Part shown: positions 43,842 through 52,544 of the stretch, one piece after another
Position numbering within the stretch: the stretch's first letter is position 1
Layout of the letters: each line of letters opens with the position of its first letter
Source of the DNA: Kofleriaceae bacterium
Lineage (GTDB): Bacteria > Myxococcota_A > Polyangia > Haliangiales > Haliangiaceae
Assembly: GCA_046597055.1 (NCBI GenBank)
Contig: JBKJLC010000084.1
Location: forward strand, 28,774-92,773
DNA: 64,000 bases
Reading direction: 5' to 3'
Program-made: the position numbers and the translations under genes
Notes under the pieces: generated by a model
The model's input: only the letters and a program-made list of their open reading frames with translations
Told to the model about the DNA's origin: nothing
Databases searched by the model: none

Positions 43842-44762
43842 GTGCCCTCGAGCCTGCTCGCCCTCCTGGATGACATCGCCACGTTGCTCGACGACGTGGC
43901 GGCGCTGACCAAGATCGCCACCAAGAAGACCGCCGGCGTCCTCGGCGACGACCTCGCGCTCAACGCCCAGCAGGTGACCGGGGTATCACCGGACCGCGAG
44001 TTGCCGGTGGTCTGGGCGGTCGCCAAGGGCTCGGCGCTCAACAAGCTGATCCTGGTGCCGCTCGCGCTGGCGATCAGCGCGGTGGCGCCGTGGGCGGTGC
44101 TGCCGCTCTTGATGATCGGCGGCGCGTTCCTGTGCTTCGAGGGGTTCGAGAAGGTCGCCCACCGATTCCTGCACTCCCCCGCCGAGGACGCGGCCCATCA
44201 CCTGGCGCTGGTCAAGGCGGTGGCGGACCCGACCATCGATCTGGTCGCGTTCGAGCGCGACAAGGTCAAGGGCGCGATCCGGACCGACTTCATCTTGTCG
44301 GCGGAGATCGTCGTGATCGCGCTCGGGACGGTGAGCGCCGAGTCGTTCGGGACCCGGGTCGCGGTGCTGACCGCGATCTCGGCGGTGATGACGGTCGGCG
44401 TGTATGGCCTGGTCGCGGGGATCGTGAAGCTCGACGACGCCGGTCGGGCGCTGAGCCTCAAGGCCAGCGGCTCGGCGCGCGGGTTCGGCAACCTGCTCCT
44501 CGTCGGGGCCCCGGTGCTGATGAAGCTCCTGTCGATCGTGGGCACCGCCGCGATGTTCCTGGTCGGCGGCAGCATCCTCCTGCATGGCATCCCGCCCCTC
44601 CACCACGCCGCCCAGGCGGCGATCGTGGCCGCGGAGGCGGTCGAGCCCCTGGGCGGTGTGCTCGGCTTCCTGACCTCGATGGCGTGCGACGCGGTGACCG
44701 GCATCGTCGCCGGCGGCCTGGTGGTCGGCGCCGTCACGCTGGTCAAGAAGCTCCGGCGCTGA
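43842..44762 (+). CDS. DUF808 family inner membrane protein (YedI-like)
   Basis: LLALLDDIA, KKTAGVLGDDLALN, RELPVVW, GAIRTDFILSAEI, IVKLDD. Confidence 0.9.
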   Translation: MPSSLLALLDDIATLLDDVAALTKIATKKTAGVLGDDLALNAQQVTGVSPDRELPVVWAVAKGSALNKLILVPLALAISAVAPWAVLPLLMIGGAFLCFEGFEKVAHRFLHSPAEDAAHHLALVKAVADPTIDLVAFERDKVKGAIRTDFILSAEIVVIALGTVSAESFGTRVAVLTAISAVMTVGVYGLVAGIVKLDDAGRALSLKASGSARGFGNLLLVGAPVLMKLLSIVGTAAMFLVGGSILLHGIPPLHHAAQAAIVAAEAVEPLGGVLGFLTSMACDAVTGIVAGGLVVGAVTLVKKLRR

Positions 44763-44801
44763 CCGTCGCTCCCGCGGCCGGCCTGGCGTAGGCTGGATCC
44801 A

Positions 44802-45833
44802 ATGCGGATCGCCGTGGTGTTCGACACCCCGTACCCCGACTGGGACCCCGACCAGCAGGCCGCGCAGCTGGAGCGCGAGATCGCCAACGCCGACGAGGCC
44901 GAGCCCGAGATGGAGTACCAGGTCGCCCAGGCGCTCCGCGACAACGGGCACGACGTGCTGCTGCTCGGCGTCCACGACGACCTGCACGACACCAGCGCGC
45001 GGCTCGCCGACTGGAAGCCGGAGCTGGTGTTCAACGCGACCGAGGCGTTCTTCGACAACGCCGAGCTCGACTACCTGATCCCGGCGATGCTCGAGTCGCA
45101 GGGGCTGCGCTACACCGGCGCGCCGCCGCTCGCGCTCCTGGTCACGCGCAACAAGGCGATGAGCAAGAAGATCCTCGCCTACCACGGGGTGAAGGTGCCG
45201 GGGTTCCGGAGCTACCGGGTCGGCGAGCGGCCGGCCGACGAGGTGAAGCTGCGGTTTCCGCTGATCGTCAAGCTGATGCAGTCCGACGGCTCGGAGGGCA
45301 TCGCGCAGGCGTCGATCGTCCACGACGTGGCCGGGCTCGCCCAGCGCGTCGAGTTCCTCCACGAGCGGTTCGGCAAGCCGGTCATCGCCGAGGAGTACAT
45401 CGAGGGCCGCGAGCTCTACGCGACGATGGTCGGCAACGGCGATCAGGTCCAGATCCTGCCGATCGTCGAGCTGGTGTTCGACCCCAAGGCCTCGCGCCCG
45501 GAGGCGCGGATCTCGACCCAGCGCGCAAAATGGGACCTCGGCTACCGCAAGCGCCACGGGATCAAGACCGTCTACGCGCGCCGGATGTCGAAGGCGGCGA
45601 GCGAGCGTCTGGCCGAGTTCTGCCGGACCGCGTACCGCGCGCTCTGGCTGCGCGACTACGCCCGGCTCGACGTCCGGCTCACGCCCGATGGCGAGATCTG
45701 GTTCCTCGAGGCCAACGCCAACCCGTACCTGAGCTTTGGCCACAACTCGGCCGAGGCCGCGCACAAGGCGGGCATGCACTACGAGGCGTTCATCCAGCGC
45801 ATCGTCGACGAAGCGATGGGGCGCGATGCCTGA
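44802..45833 (+). CDS. D-Ala-D-Ala ligase-like ATP-grasp protein
   Basis: VFN..E, YTG, FPLIVK, SEGI, EEYIEGRE, ARLDVRL, LEANANP. Confidence 0.88.
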   Translation: MRIAVVFDTPYPDWDPDQQAAQLEREIANADEAEPEMEYQVAQALRDNGHDVLLLGVHDDLHDTSARLADWKPELVFNATEAFFDNAELDYLIPAMLESQGLRYTGAPPLALLVTRNKAMSKKILAYHGVKVPGFRSYRVGERPADEVKLRFPLIVKLMQSDGSEGIAQASIVHDVAGLAQRVEFLHERFGKPVIAEEYIEGRELYATMVGNGDQVQILPIVELVFDPKASRPEARISTQRAKWDLGYRKRHGIKTVYARRMSKAASERLAEFCRTAYRALWLRDYARLDVRLTPDGEIWFLEANANPYLSFGHNSAEAAHKAGMHYEAFIQRIVDEAMGRDA

Positions 45834-46815
45834 CCGGCCCCGGCCCGAGACCCGCTGCAAGTGCGGCCACGCGCTGCAGCGGTTCTGGACCTTCTGCCCG
45901 GCGTGCGCGCGCCGGCAGGTCTGGCGTGACACCCAGGTCGTCACCGGGGCCGAGTGCGGGCAGTGCGGCTGGGTGGTGTCCGATCGCGGCAGCTTCTGCC
46001 CGTGGTGCGGGGTCGACATCCACGAGGACGGCGTGTCGAGCAAGCGGCCGCTGCGCCAGCCCAAGGGCTTCCGCATGGACGCCCGGTGCGACGCCGGGTG
46101 TGGTGGCGGGGTGCAGTACCCGATGGCGTTCTGCCCGTGGTGCGGCGAGTCGCAGAGCTGGAATGACGCGCACCTGTTCGAGGGCGTGTGCCCGCGCTGC
46201 GAGCGCGGTGTCGACGACTGGATGGACACCTGCCCGTGGTGCAGCCAGGATCCGACCGGCCGCGACCTGATCGCGCCCGCCGACCGCGAGATCCGCCGCC
46301 TGCTCCGCATCGCCGGGATCGCGAACTGGGGCTTCCGCCTGCTCCTGCGCCCGGGCGGGTCGGGGGTCGCGCCCGACTCCCCGAAGATCGTCGCGATCAA
46401 CCGGAACCACGTGCTCGGCCGCCGGCGGCGCGCGGAGGTCCAGTGGCCCATGCTGGTCGGGCTGGTCGCCCACGAGCTCGGCCACAGCTTCCTGTTCCAC
46501 CACTGGCGCTGGACCCGGTCGACCCGCTTCCGGCGCGTGTTCGGCCAGGTCGACAAGGCCTACCGGGTCGACGAGGACACGCCGGTCTACTTCGAACGGC
46601 GGCGGGTGGCCTGCAACCCGGTGGATCACGTCAGCATCTACGCCGCGACCCACCCGCAGGAGGACTTCGCCGAGACCTTCCGGATCTACCTCACCCGGCG
46701 GCGCCGCCTGCGCGAGCTGTTCGCGGAGCTCGGCCGCAAGCGCAAGGCGGTCAAGGTCTTCGAGAAGTTCCTGCTGCTCCACGACTACGTCCGCTCGCTG
46801 CGCGGCTGGACCTGA
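45826..46815 (+). CDS. zinc-ribbon repeat + zincin metallopeptidase
   Basis: Four C-x1-3-C...CPxC units, HELGH, VSIYAATHPQEDFAETF. Overlaps the upstream stop by 8 nt. Confidence 0.82.
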   Translation: MPDRPRPETRCKCGHALQRFWTFCPACARRQVWRDTQVVTGAECGQCGWVVSDRGSFCPWCGVDIHEDGVSSKRPLRQPKGFRMDARCDAGCGGGVQYPMAFCPWCGESQSWNDAHLFEGVCPRCERGVDDWMDTCPWCSQDPTGRDLIAPADREIRRLLRIAGIANWGFRLLLRPGGSGVAPDSPKIVAINRNHVLGRRRRAEVQWPMLVGLVAHELGHSFLFHHWRWTRSTRFRRVFGQVDKAYRVDEDTPVYFERRRVACNPVDHVSIYAATHPQEDFAETFRIYLTRRRRLRELFAELGRKRKAVKVFEKFLLLHDYVRSLRGWT

Positions 46816-46838
46816 CCGGCCGCGGTCGGGGCGTGCCG

Positions 46839-46964
46839 TCAGGGCGGCGCCTCGACCACCACGCCCATGCCGCCGGCGCCCAGCACCCGCTCGATCCGGA
46901 ACTTCTGATCGACGATCTCGCCGAGCTGGACGGGCAGCCCGGCCGGATCGGGCACGCGGCTCAT
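46839..46964 (-). pseudogene. truncated Ser/Thr kinase 5' remnant (41 aa)
   Basis: MSRVPDPAGLPVQLGEIVDQKFRIERVLGAGGMGVVVEAPP*. It stops right after the Gly-rich loop. Confidence 0.75.
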
Positions 46965-47031
46965 CGTCGGCGAACGCTAGCACGCGGGCCGGGGCCTCCG
47001 CCTGCGGGGCGCGCGCGGGGCGGCGCGGCGG

Positions 47032-47649
47032 TCAGCGCGGCCGGGCATCGCGCGACGGATCCCGCGCGGGGTCGCCGTCCGGCACCACGTCGGCGGCCCA
47101 GTCGCTGCGCTTCCAGCTCGGCACCGGCGTCACGCACGCCTGGGTCGGTACGAAGCGCGAGCGCTCGACCAGCGCGTACTTGTGGATGTAGCGGGGGCAG
47201 TTCGGAAAGACCTCGCGGACGGCGACCCGGACGACCAGCTGCGCCTCGGGCCAGGTCGCGCGCAGGTCGTCGTCCGGATCGATCATCGCGGTGCCGTTCA
47301 GCCGCAGGCGCGATTGGCCCTCGAAGTCGACGAACAGGAGCCCGACCTCGCCGGTCTCGACCACGGCGCCGAGCGACAGGAACATCCCGTTGCCGTCCTG
47401 GTCGGGGAAGGCGAGGGTGCGCGGATCGAGCACCCGCACGAAGCCGGGGGCGCCGCCCTTGTACGAGCAGCTGGCGTGTCCGCGCGCGTCGACCGTCGCG
47501 AGGAAGAACATGTCGCGGCGCTCGATGAAGGCCCGATCGGCCTCGTCGATCGCGTCCTTGACCAGGCGCGCCTCGATGCGGTCGGCGAGCGGCCGCGTCG
47601 CGAACCGGTCCTGGAGCTGGCGGGCACCGTCACCGTAGAGCTTCGACAT
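47032..47649 (-). CDS. pyridoxamine 5'-phosphate oxidase-like FMN-binding protein
   Basis: FFLAT, CSYKGG.PGFV, FPD..GNG, RLRLNG, FPNCPRY. Confidence 0.88.
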   Translation of the reverse strand: MSKLYGDGARQLQDRFATRPLADRIEARLVKDAIDEADRAFIERRDMFFLATVDARGHASCSYKGGAPGFVRVLDPRTLAFPDQDGNGMFLSLGAVVETGEVGLLFVDFEGQSRLRLNGTAMIDPDDDLRATWPEAQLVVRVAVREVFPNCPRYIHKYALVERSRFVPTQACVTPVPSWKRSDWAADVVPDGDPARDPSRDARPR

Positions 47650-47771
47650 GCGGATCTCCTGCGCGAAGGGTAGCGCCGTTCCTTCGCGGGGGCGTGCGCG
47701 CCGGTCGCGTCCGTCCCTCTCGATGAGCGGCGGCGCCGCGGCCCGGTCGACGCGCGCAACAGTCTAGACTG

Positions 47772-50700
47772 GTGCGCGCCATGGCCCCCGATGACCGAAC
47801 CGGCAACTGGCAGCGGCACGAGCGCGCCAGCACCGTGTCCGACGCGCTCCAGCACCTGCGGATGACGATCGTCGCGATCCGGGAGGCGCCGGGCGACGCC
47901 GAGCACCGTCGCCGGCTCCGTGCGCTCGCGGCCGACCAGGGGCTGTGGGAGCAGCTGGCGGGGCTGCTCGCCGACGAGGTGCGCGCGCACGCCGATCGCC
48001 CGGCGATCGCGGCAGCGTTCCACGAGGAGCTCGCCGATGTCCACGAGGTGCTCGGTCAGCCGCTCGAGACGATCGCGGCACTGGAGGCGCTGGTCGCGAT
48101 CGCGCCCGAGGTCGTGGCCCACCATGAGCGGATCGCGCACCTGTACCGGCAGGCCGGGGCGTGGGCCAAGGCGGCCGACGCATTCGCGCAGGTGGCGCTG
48201 CGCGCGTCGGACGCCCGCGCCGACGGGGCGCTCCTGGCGGCCGCCCAGCTCGACCGCGACCACGACCGCCTCGATCGTGCGGTCGTGATGTACCGACGGT
48301 TGGTCGAGCGCCGGCCCGCGGACCCGGTGGCGTGGCGCGGGCTCGACGATGTCCTGTCCGAGCTCGGTCGATGGCGCGAGGTCGCGGCGATGCGCGGCGA
48401 GCGTGCGGCGCGGGCCTCGAGTGGCTTCGAGAAGGCCGCGCTGCTGCGCGCGCAGGCGCGGGCCCTCGCGCAAGCCGGGGACGCGCCCGCCGCGGCCGAT
48501 GTCATCGTCCGGGCCGCGACCCACGCGCCCGATGAGCTCGGCGGGCTGGTCGATCAGGCCGAGGGCCTGGCGCGCGACGGCCAGGGCGCCCAGGCCGCCG
48601 AGCTCCTGCGGGCGAGGATCGCCGACGCGGTCGCGCGCGGCGCCTCGGCCGACGACGTCGCCGCGCTCCGGCTCTGGCTCGCGCAGGTGCTCGAGGACGC
48701 GTGCGACGATCGCACCGCGGCGACCGCGGTCCTCGACGAGCTGCTGGCGGCCGCGCCGGCGCACCTGCGCGCGCTCGAGCGGCTCACCGCGCTCGCCGCG
48801 ACCGACCCGGATCCGCGGGTGCATGCGATCGCGCTGCTGCGCTACGCGGCGGCGGTCCCCGGCGCCGCCGATCGCGCCTCGTACGTGGCGGCGGCCGGCC
48901 GCCGGCTGCGCGAGGTCGGGGACCTCGAGGGCGCCGTGCAGGCGCTCGAGCACGCGGCCGCGCTGGTCGGCGAGGACGAGGCGCTCCAGCGCGAGCTGGT
49001 CGACGTCCGGACCTCGGCGTGGGTCGCCCAGGCCCGGTCGGACGCCGCCGCCGGCGACACCCGTGGCGCCGAGTGGCGCTTGCGCGAGCTCCTCGGCGCG
49101 CAGCGCCATCACCTCGAGGCAAACCTCGCGTTCGCCGACCTGCTCGCGGCGACCCGCCGTGGCGTCGCCGCCGCCGAGCACCTCCGCGAGACGCTGGCGA
49201 CGATGCCCGAGGACCGCCCGCCCGCGCAGGCGGCGCGCCTCGTGCTGCGCTACGCCGAGGTGATGGGTGCGCTCGGCGAGGCCGACGACAGCCACCAGCT
49301 CCTGCACGAGGCGCATCGCCTCGATCGCAGCTCGCTCGCGGTCACCCTCGCGCTCGGCGAGAGCTGCTTCGCGCGCCGGTTGTGGCGGCAGGCCGCGCTG
49401 CACCTCGCCGCGGCGGGCGGGCACCCCGATGCGCCCCGTCATGCCGCGGTGGTGGCGGCCGCCCTCGTCCACGCGGCGCAGGCGGAGGTCCGGGCCCTGC
49501 GGCCGGCCAACGCGGGCAAGCACTACGAGGCGGCGACCCGCCTCGACCGGGGCTGCGCGCCGGCCTGGCGCGGGCTCGCCCAGCTCGCCAGCGAGCGTGG
49601 CGACGTGGTGCATGCCGCCGACTGTCTCGAGCGCGAGGCGGCCGCGACCGCCGAGCCCCGCGAGCGCCTCCGGCTGTACGACGCGCTCGGCGACCTGGCG
49701 CTCGACGTGCTGGCCGACCCGGTGCGCGCCGAGCGGTGCTGGCGCGAGGTCGCCGGGGCCGGATCGGCAACGCTGCTCCAGAAGCTGTGCGCCGTGCAAC
49801 GCCAGCGCGGCGCCACCGTCGAGCGCGCGGACACCTGCGAGCGCCTCGCACGGCTGGCAGCCGATGCGGAGAGCCGCCAGGCGCTCCTGGTCGAGGCCGC
49901 GGAGGCGCTGCTGGCGGGCAAGGCGGTCGAGCGCGCGGTCACCGTCGTCGACGAGGTGCTCGCGATGTTCCCGCGCGAGCCCGACGTGGTCGTATGGGCG
50001 ACCACGATGGCGGTCACCGCCGGCGACGCCCGGCGCGCCGGCAGCTGGGCGCGCCGGCTCATCCACGGCGGCGAGCCCGAGGACCTGCGCGCCGGGCTCG
50101 AGCTCGCCAGCGCGATCGGCGTGCCGCTGTCGGCGGACGACCGGCGCTTCCTCGACGCGCACCCGGCGCGGCCGATGGCGTCCGACCAGGGGTACCTCGG
50201 GTCGCTCGATGACGCCGACTGCCGTGCGCTGGTCGACGATCCCGGCGAGCGGCCCCTGCGCGACGTGCTGGCGCTCCTCGGCGAGGCCCTGCCGCTGATC
50301 GGTCCGAACCCGAGCGCCGCGCTCCTCGAGGCGGGCGTGCCCGACGCCGTGCGCGTCACCGCGTCGAGCGAGGCGGCCGCCACCGCGCTGTACCCGCACC
50401 TCGCGCGGGCCCTCGGCGGTCCTCCAACGCTGCTCTACACGACGTCCTTCGCCGGGATCGACCTGGCCTTGCTGTTCGCGTCACCGCCGGTGGTCGTCTT
50501 CGGGCCCGCGCTGGCCTCGGTCCGCGCCGGCTCGCGCGGCGACGGCCACCAGGAGACCGACGCGGCCCTGCGCTTCCAGCTCGGGCGCACCGTCGAGCTG
50601 TCGCGCCCGCACCGGCTGTTCGCAGCCATGCCCGAAGACGCCCTGGCGCTGCTGGTCGCCGGCCTCCAGCACGGGCTCGGGCGCCCCCAGCCACCGGCCG

Positions 50701-50987
50701 CCTCGGGCCAGGTCATGGCGGAGGCGGAACGCCTGCGGTCCCGGCTCTCGGTCGCGTTGCGGCAACGCCTGACCGAGCGCCTCGCCGCGCTCGGGCCGAG
50801 CCCGCTCGACCCACGCGCCTACGTCGCCGCCTGTCAGCGCGCCGCCGATCGCGCCGGGCTGCTCGCCTGCGGCGACGTGACGGTGGCGATCCAGCTCGCG
50901 GGCGGCGCGCGGCGCGCGCCCCATCTCGTACAGCTGGCCGCGTCCCGTCGCTACCTTGCCATCCGCAAGAAGCTGCGCAGCTCCTGA
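47772..50987 (+). CDS. large TPR/alpha-helical repeat protein (myxobacterial)
   Basis: Ala-rich helical repeats (AWRGL, ALERL), C-terminal LRFQLGR...ADRAGLLACGD domain. Start 47772 or 47781. Confidence 0.75.
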   Translation: MRAMAPDDRTGNWQRHERASTVSDALQHLRMTIVAIREAPGDAEHRRRLRALAADQGLWEQLAGLLADEVRAHADRPAIAAAFHEELADVHEVLGQPLETIAALEALVAIAPEVVAHHERIAHLYRQAGAWAKAADAFAQVALRASDARADGALLAAAQLDRDHDRLDRAVVMYRRLVERRPADPVAWRGLDDVLSELGRWREVAAMRGERAARASSGFEKAALLRAQARALAQAGDAPAAADVIVRAATHAPDELGGLVDQAEGLARDGQGAQAAELLRARIADAVARGASADDVAALRLWLAQVLEDACDDRTAATAVLDELLAAAPAHLRALERLTALAATDPDPRVHAIALLRYAAAVPGAADRASYVAAAGRRLREVGDLEGAVQALEHAAALVGEDEALQRELVDVRTSAWVAQARSDAAAGDTRGAEWRLRELLGAQRHHLEANLAFADLLAATRRGVAAAEHLRETLATMPEDRPPAQAARLVLRYAEVMGALGEADDSHQLLHEAHRLDRSSLAVTLALGESCFARRLWRQAALHLAAAGGHPDAPRHAAVVAAALVHAAQAEVRALRPANAGKHYEAATRLDRGCAPAWRGLAQLASERGDVVHAADCLEREAAATAEPRERLRLYDALGDLALDVLADPVRAERCWREVAGAGSATLLQKLCAVQRQRGATVERADTCERLARLAADAESRQALLVEAAEALLAGKAVERAVTVVDEVLAMFPREPDVVVWATTMAVTAGDARRAGSWARRLIHGGEPEDLRAGLELASAIGVPLSADDRRFLDAHPARPMASDQGYLGSLDDADCRALVDDPGERPLRDVLALLGEALPLIGPNPSAALLEAGVPDAVRVTASSEAAATALYPHLARALGGPPTLLYTTSFAGIDLALLFASPPVVVFGPALASVRAGSRGDGHQETDAALRFQLGRTVELSRPHRLFAAMPEDALALLVAGLQHGLGRPQPPAASGQVMAEAERLRSRLSVALRQRLTERLAALGPSPLDPRAYVAACQRAADRAGLLACGDVTVAIQLAGGARRAPHLVQLAASRRYLAIRKKLRSS

Positions 50988-51192
50988 CCGGCCCGCCGGG
51001 CGAGCGAACCGCCATCGGTCGGTGGCGGGCGTCGGCGACGAGGGCGCCCGCGCCGTGTGCGGCCTGTGCGGCGCCGCGTCGACCGCGCGCGCATCGCCGC
51101 GTGGGCGTGGACCTGTCATCGGCTCGGCCGGCCGCCGCGCGGGGTCTTGGAACTACGCACGCGAGGCCGCCGCTTCTTTTGAATCGAGTCCG

Positions 51193-51879
51193 CTACCGCA
51201 GCAGACCGGCCAGCCGGAGCAGGCTCACGTGCGGCCCCGAGGCCAGCCCCGGGAGCTCGTCGAGGAGCGTCGCGCGCCGCGCGGCGACCGCGTCGTAGTC
51301 GTCGCGCGTGATCAAGATCCGCAGCACAACGGGTGGTGGCACCATCCAGTCGCCCAGGAATGCGAGGTCGCCCTCGGCGGTGATCGCGTCGAGTCGCAGG
51401 GTCACGAGGGCGGCGGCCCGCAGTCGTGCGTCGCCCGCGATCAGCTCGCACTTGAGCGCCTCAAGTACGAGGTCGGAGAGGCCGGCGTCGTCAGCGACCA
51501 GCTTTTCGCGCAGCTCCTCGTAGCCGAAGCAGACCCGGACCAGGAAGTCCCCGGCCCGCGCGCGAACCATGTCCGGCGCGTCGTAGAGCAGGCGCTGACG
51601 GTAGATCTCCATGACCTGCTCAGCGCACGTCTGCGCCCGCTCGAGGTCGTGGAGCGGGTAGACGCCGATCAGCTGGCAGCGCTCGAAGTCGAAGTAAACA
51701 AACGGACGCTCGATCAGCGTCCGGACACTGCAGTAGTGGCACTCAAACAGGTGCAGGTTGCGGTCGAGGACCTGCTGGCGCAGGGCGGGATGGCGGCCGG
51801 CGTTCAGGCTCTCGACGAGCTGCACGTGGAGTGTCTCGCCGCAGCGGCAGCGCAGGTCGTGGGCGACCGTGATCGACAT
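51193..51879 (-). CDS. CpXC domain protein
   Basis: CRCG...SLN...P.LRQQVL...LHLFECHYC...PFVYFD, later RVCFGYEELREK. Confidence 0.75.
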   Translation of the reverse strand: MSITVAHDLRCRCGETLHVQLVESLNAGRHPALRQQVLDRNLHLFECHYCSVRTLIERPFVYFDFERCQLIGVYPLHDLERAQTCAEQVMEIYRQRLLYDAPDMVRARAGDFLVRVCFGYEELREKLVADDAGLSDLVLEALKCELIAGDARLRAAALVTLRLDAITAEGDLAFLGDWMVPPPVVLRILITRDDYDAVAARRATLLDELPGLASGPHVSLLRLAGLLR

Positions 51880-52544
51880 CAGTCCTCGTCGACGCGCTCG
51901 CGCTTCTGGGTGAGCTCGCGGCGCTCCTCGGTCCAGCGCGGGGCGGCACCCTTGCCCAGGTGGAGGGTCCAGAACGAGACCGTTGTCTCCGACGTGTCGG
52001 CGGTGGAGTCTCCGGGGTGGATGTCCGGATCGCTCGGCGCCTGAAGGCGATAGGCCAAGATGAGGTCGAGATCGTGACCGCGCCAGTTGGTGCGCATCGA
52101 CAGCTCCGTGCCCTCATCGGTGACGTAGTACTCCGGCGAGCCGGCCGCGGCGTCCACCGGCGGGAACGCCCCGAACACGTACAGCAGGTCGGTGACGTCG
52201 CCCGCAGTGAGCGCGTGGTCGGCGTAGACGTCGACCGCGTCGAGATAGGGGCCGAGCTTGGCCAGGCCGCCTCCGTCGGTGACTTTGCCGTCGTGCACCA
52301 GGACCCAGCTGGTCCCCGGCAAGGCGGCGTCGAACAGGAACGGCAAGCGCGGGTTTCCCTCGCGCACCTTGTCGGGCGGCGCGTGGTGGGTAACCTCGGC
52401 GTGGTGCTCGGCGATCGCGCGCGCCTCCGCCCACTGGCTCGGCGTGGCCTTCACGTCCGGGGCTCCACGGCACGCGCAGGCGACCAGGACGGCGAGCACG
52501 AGGGTCGATGCAACGTGGTCACCAGGGGAAGGGTGGACGGTCAT
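51879..52544 (-). CDS. hypothetical lipoprotein (candidate immunity/partner protein)
   Basis: LVLAVLVACAC lipobox-like signal. Overlaps the upstream gene, and its stop overlaps the CpXC start (TGATG). Confidence 0.7.
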   Translation of the reverse strand: MTVHPSPGDHVASTLVLAVLVACACRGAPDVKATPSQWAEARAIAEHHAEVTHHAPPDKVREGNPRLPFLFDAALPGTSWVLVHDGKVTDGGGLAKLGPYLDAVDVYADHALTAGDVTDLLYVFGAFPPVDAAAGSPEYYVTDEGTELSMRTNWRGHDLDLILAYRLQAPSDPDIHPGDSTADTSETTVSFWTLHLGKGAAPRWTEERRELTQKRERVDED

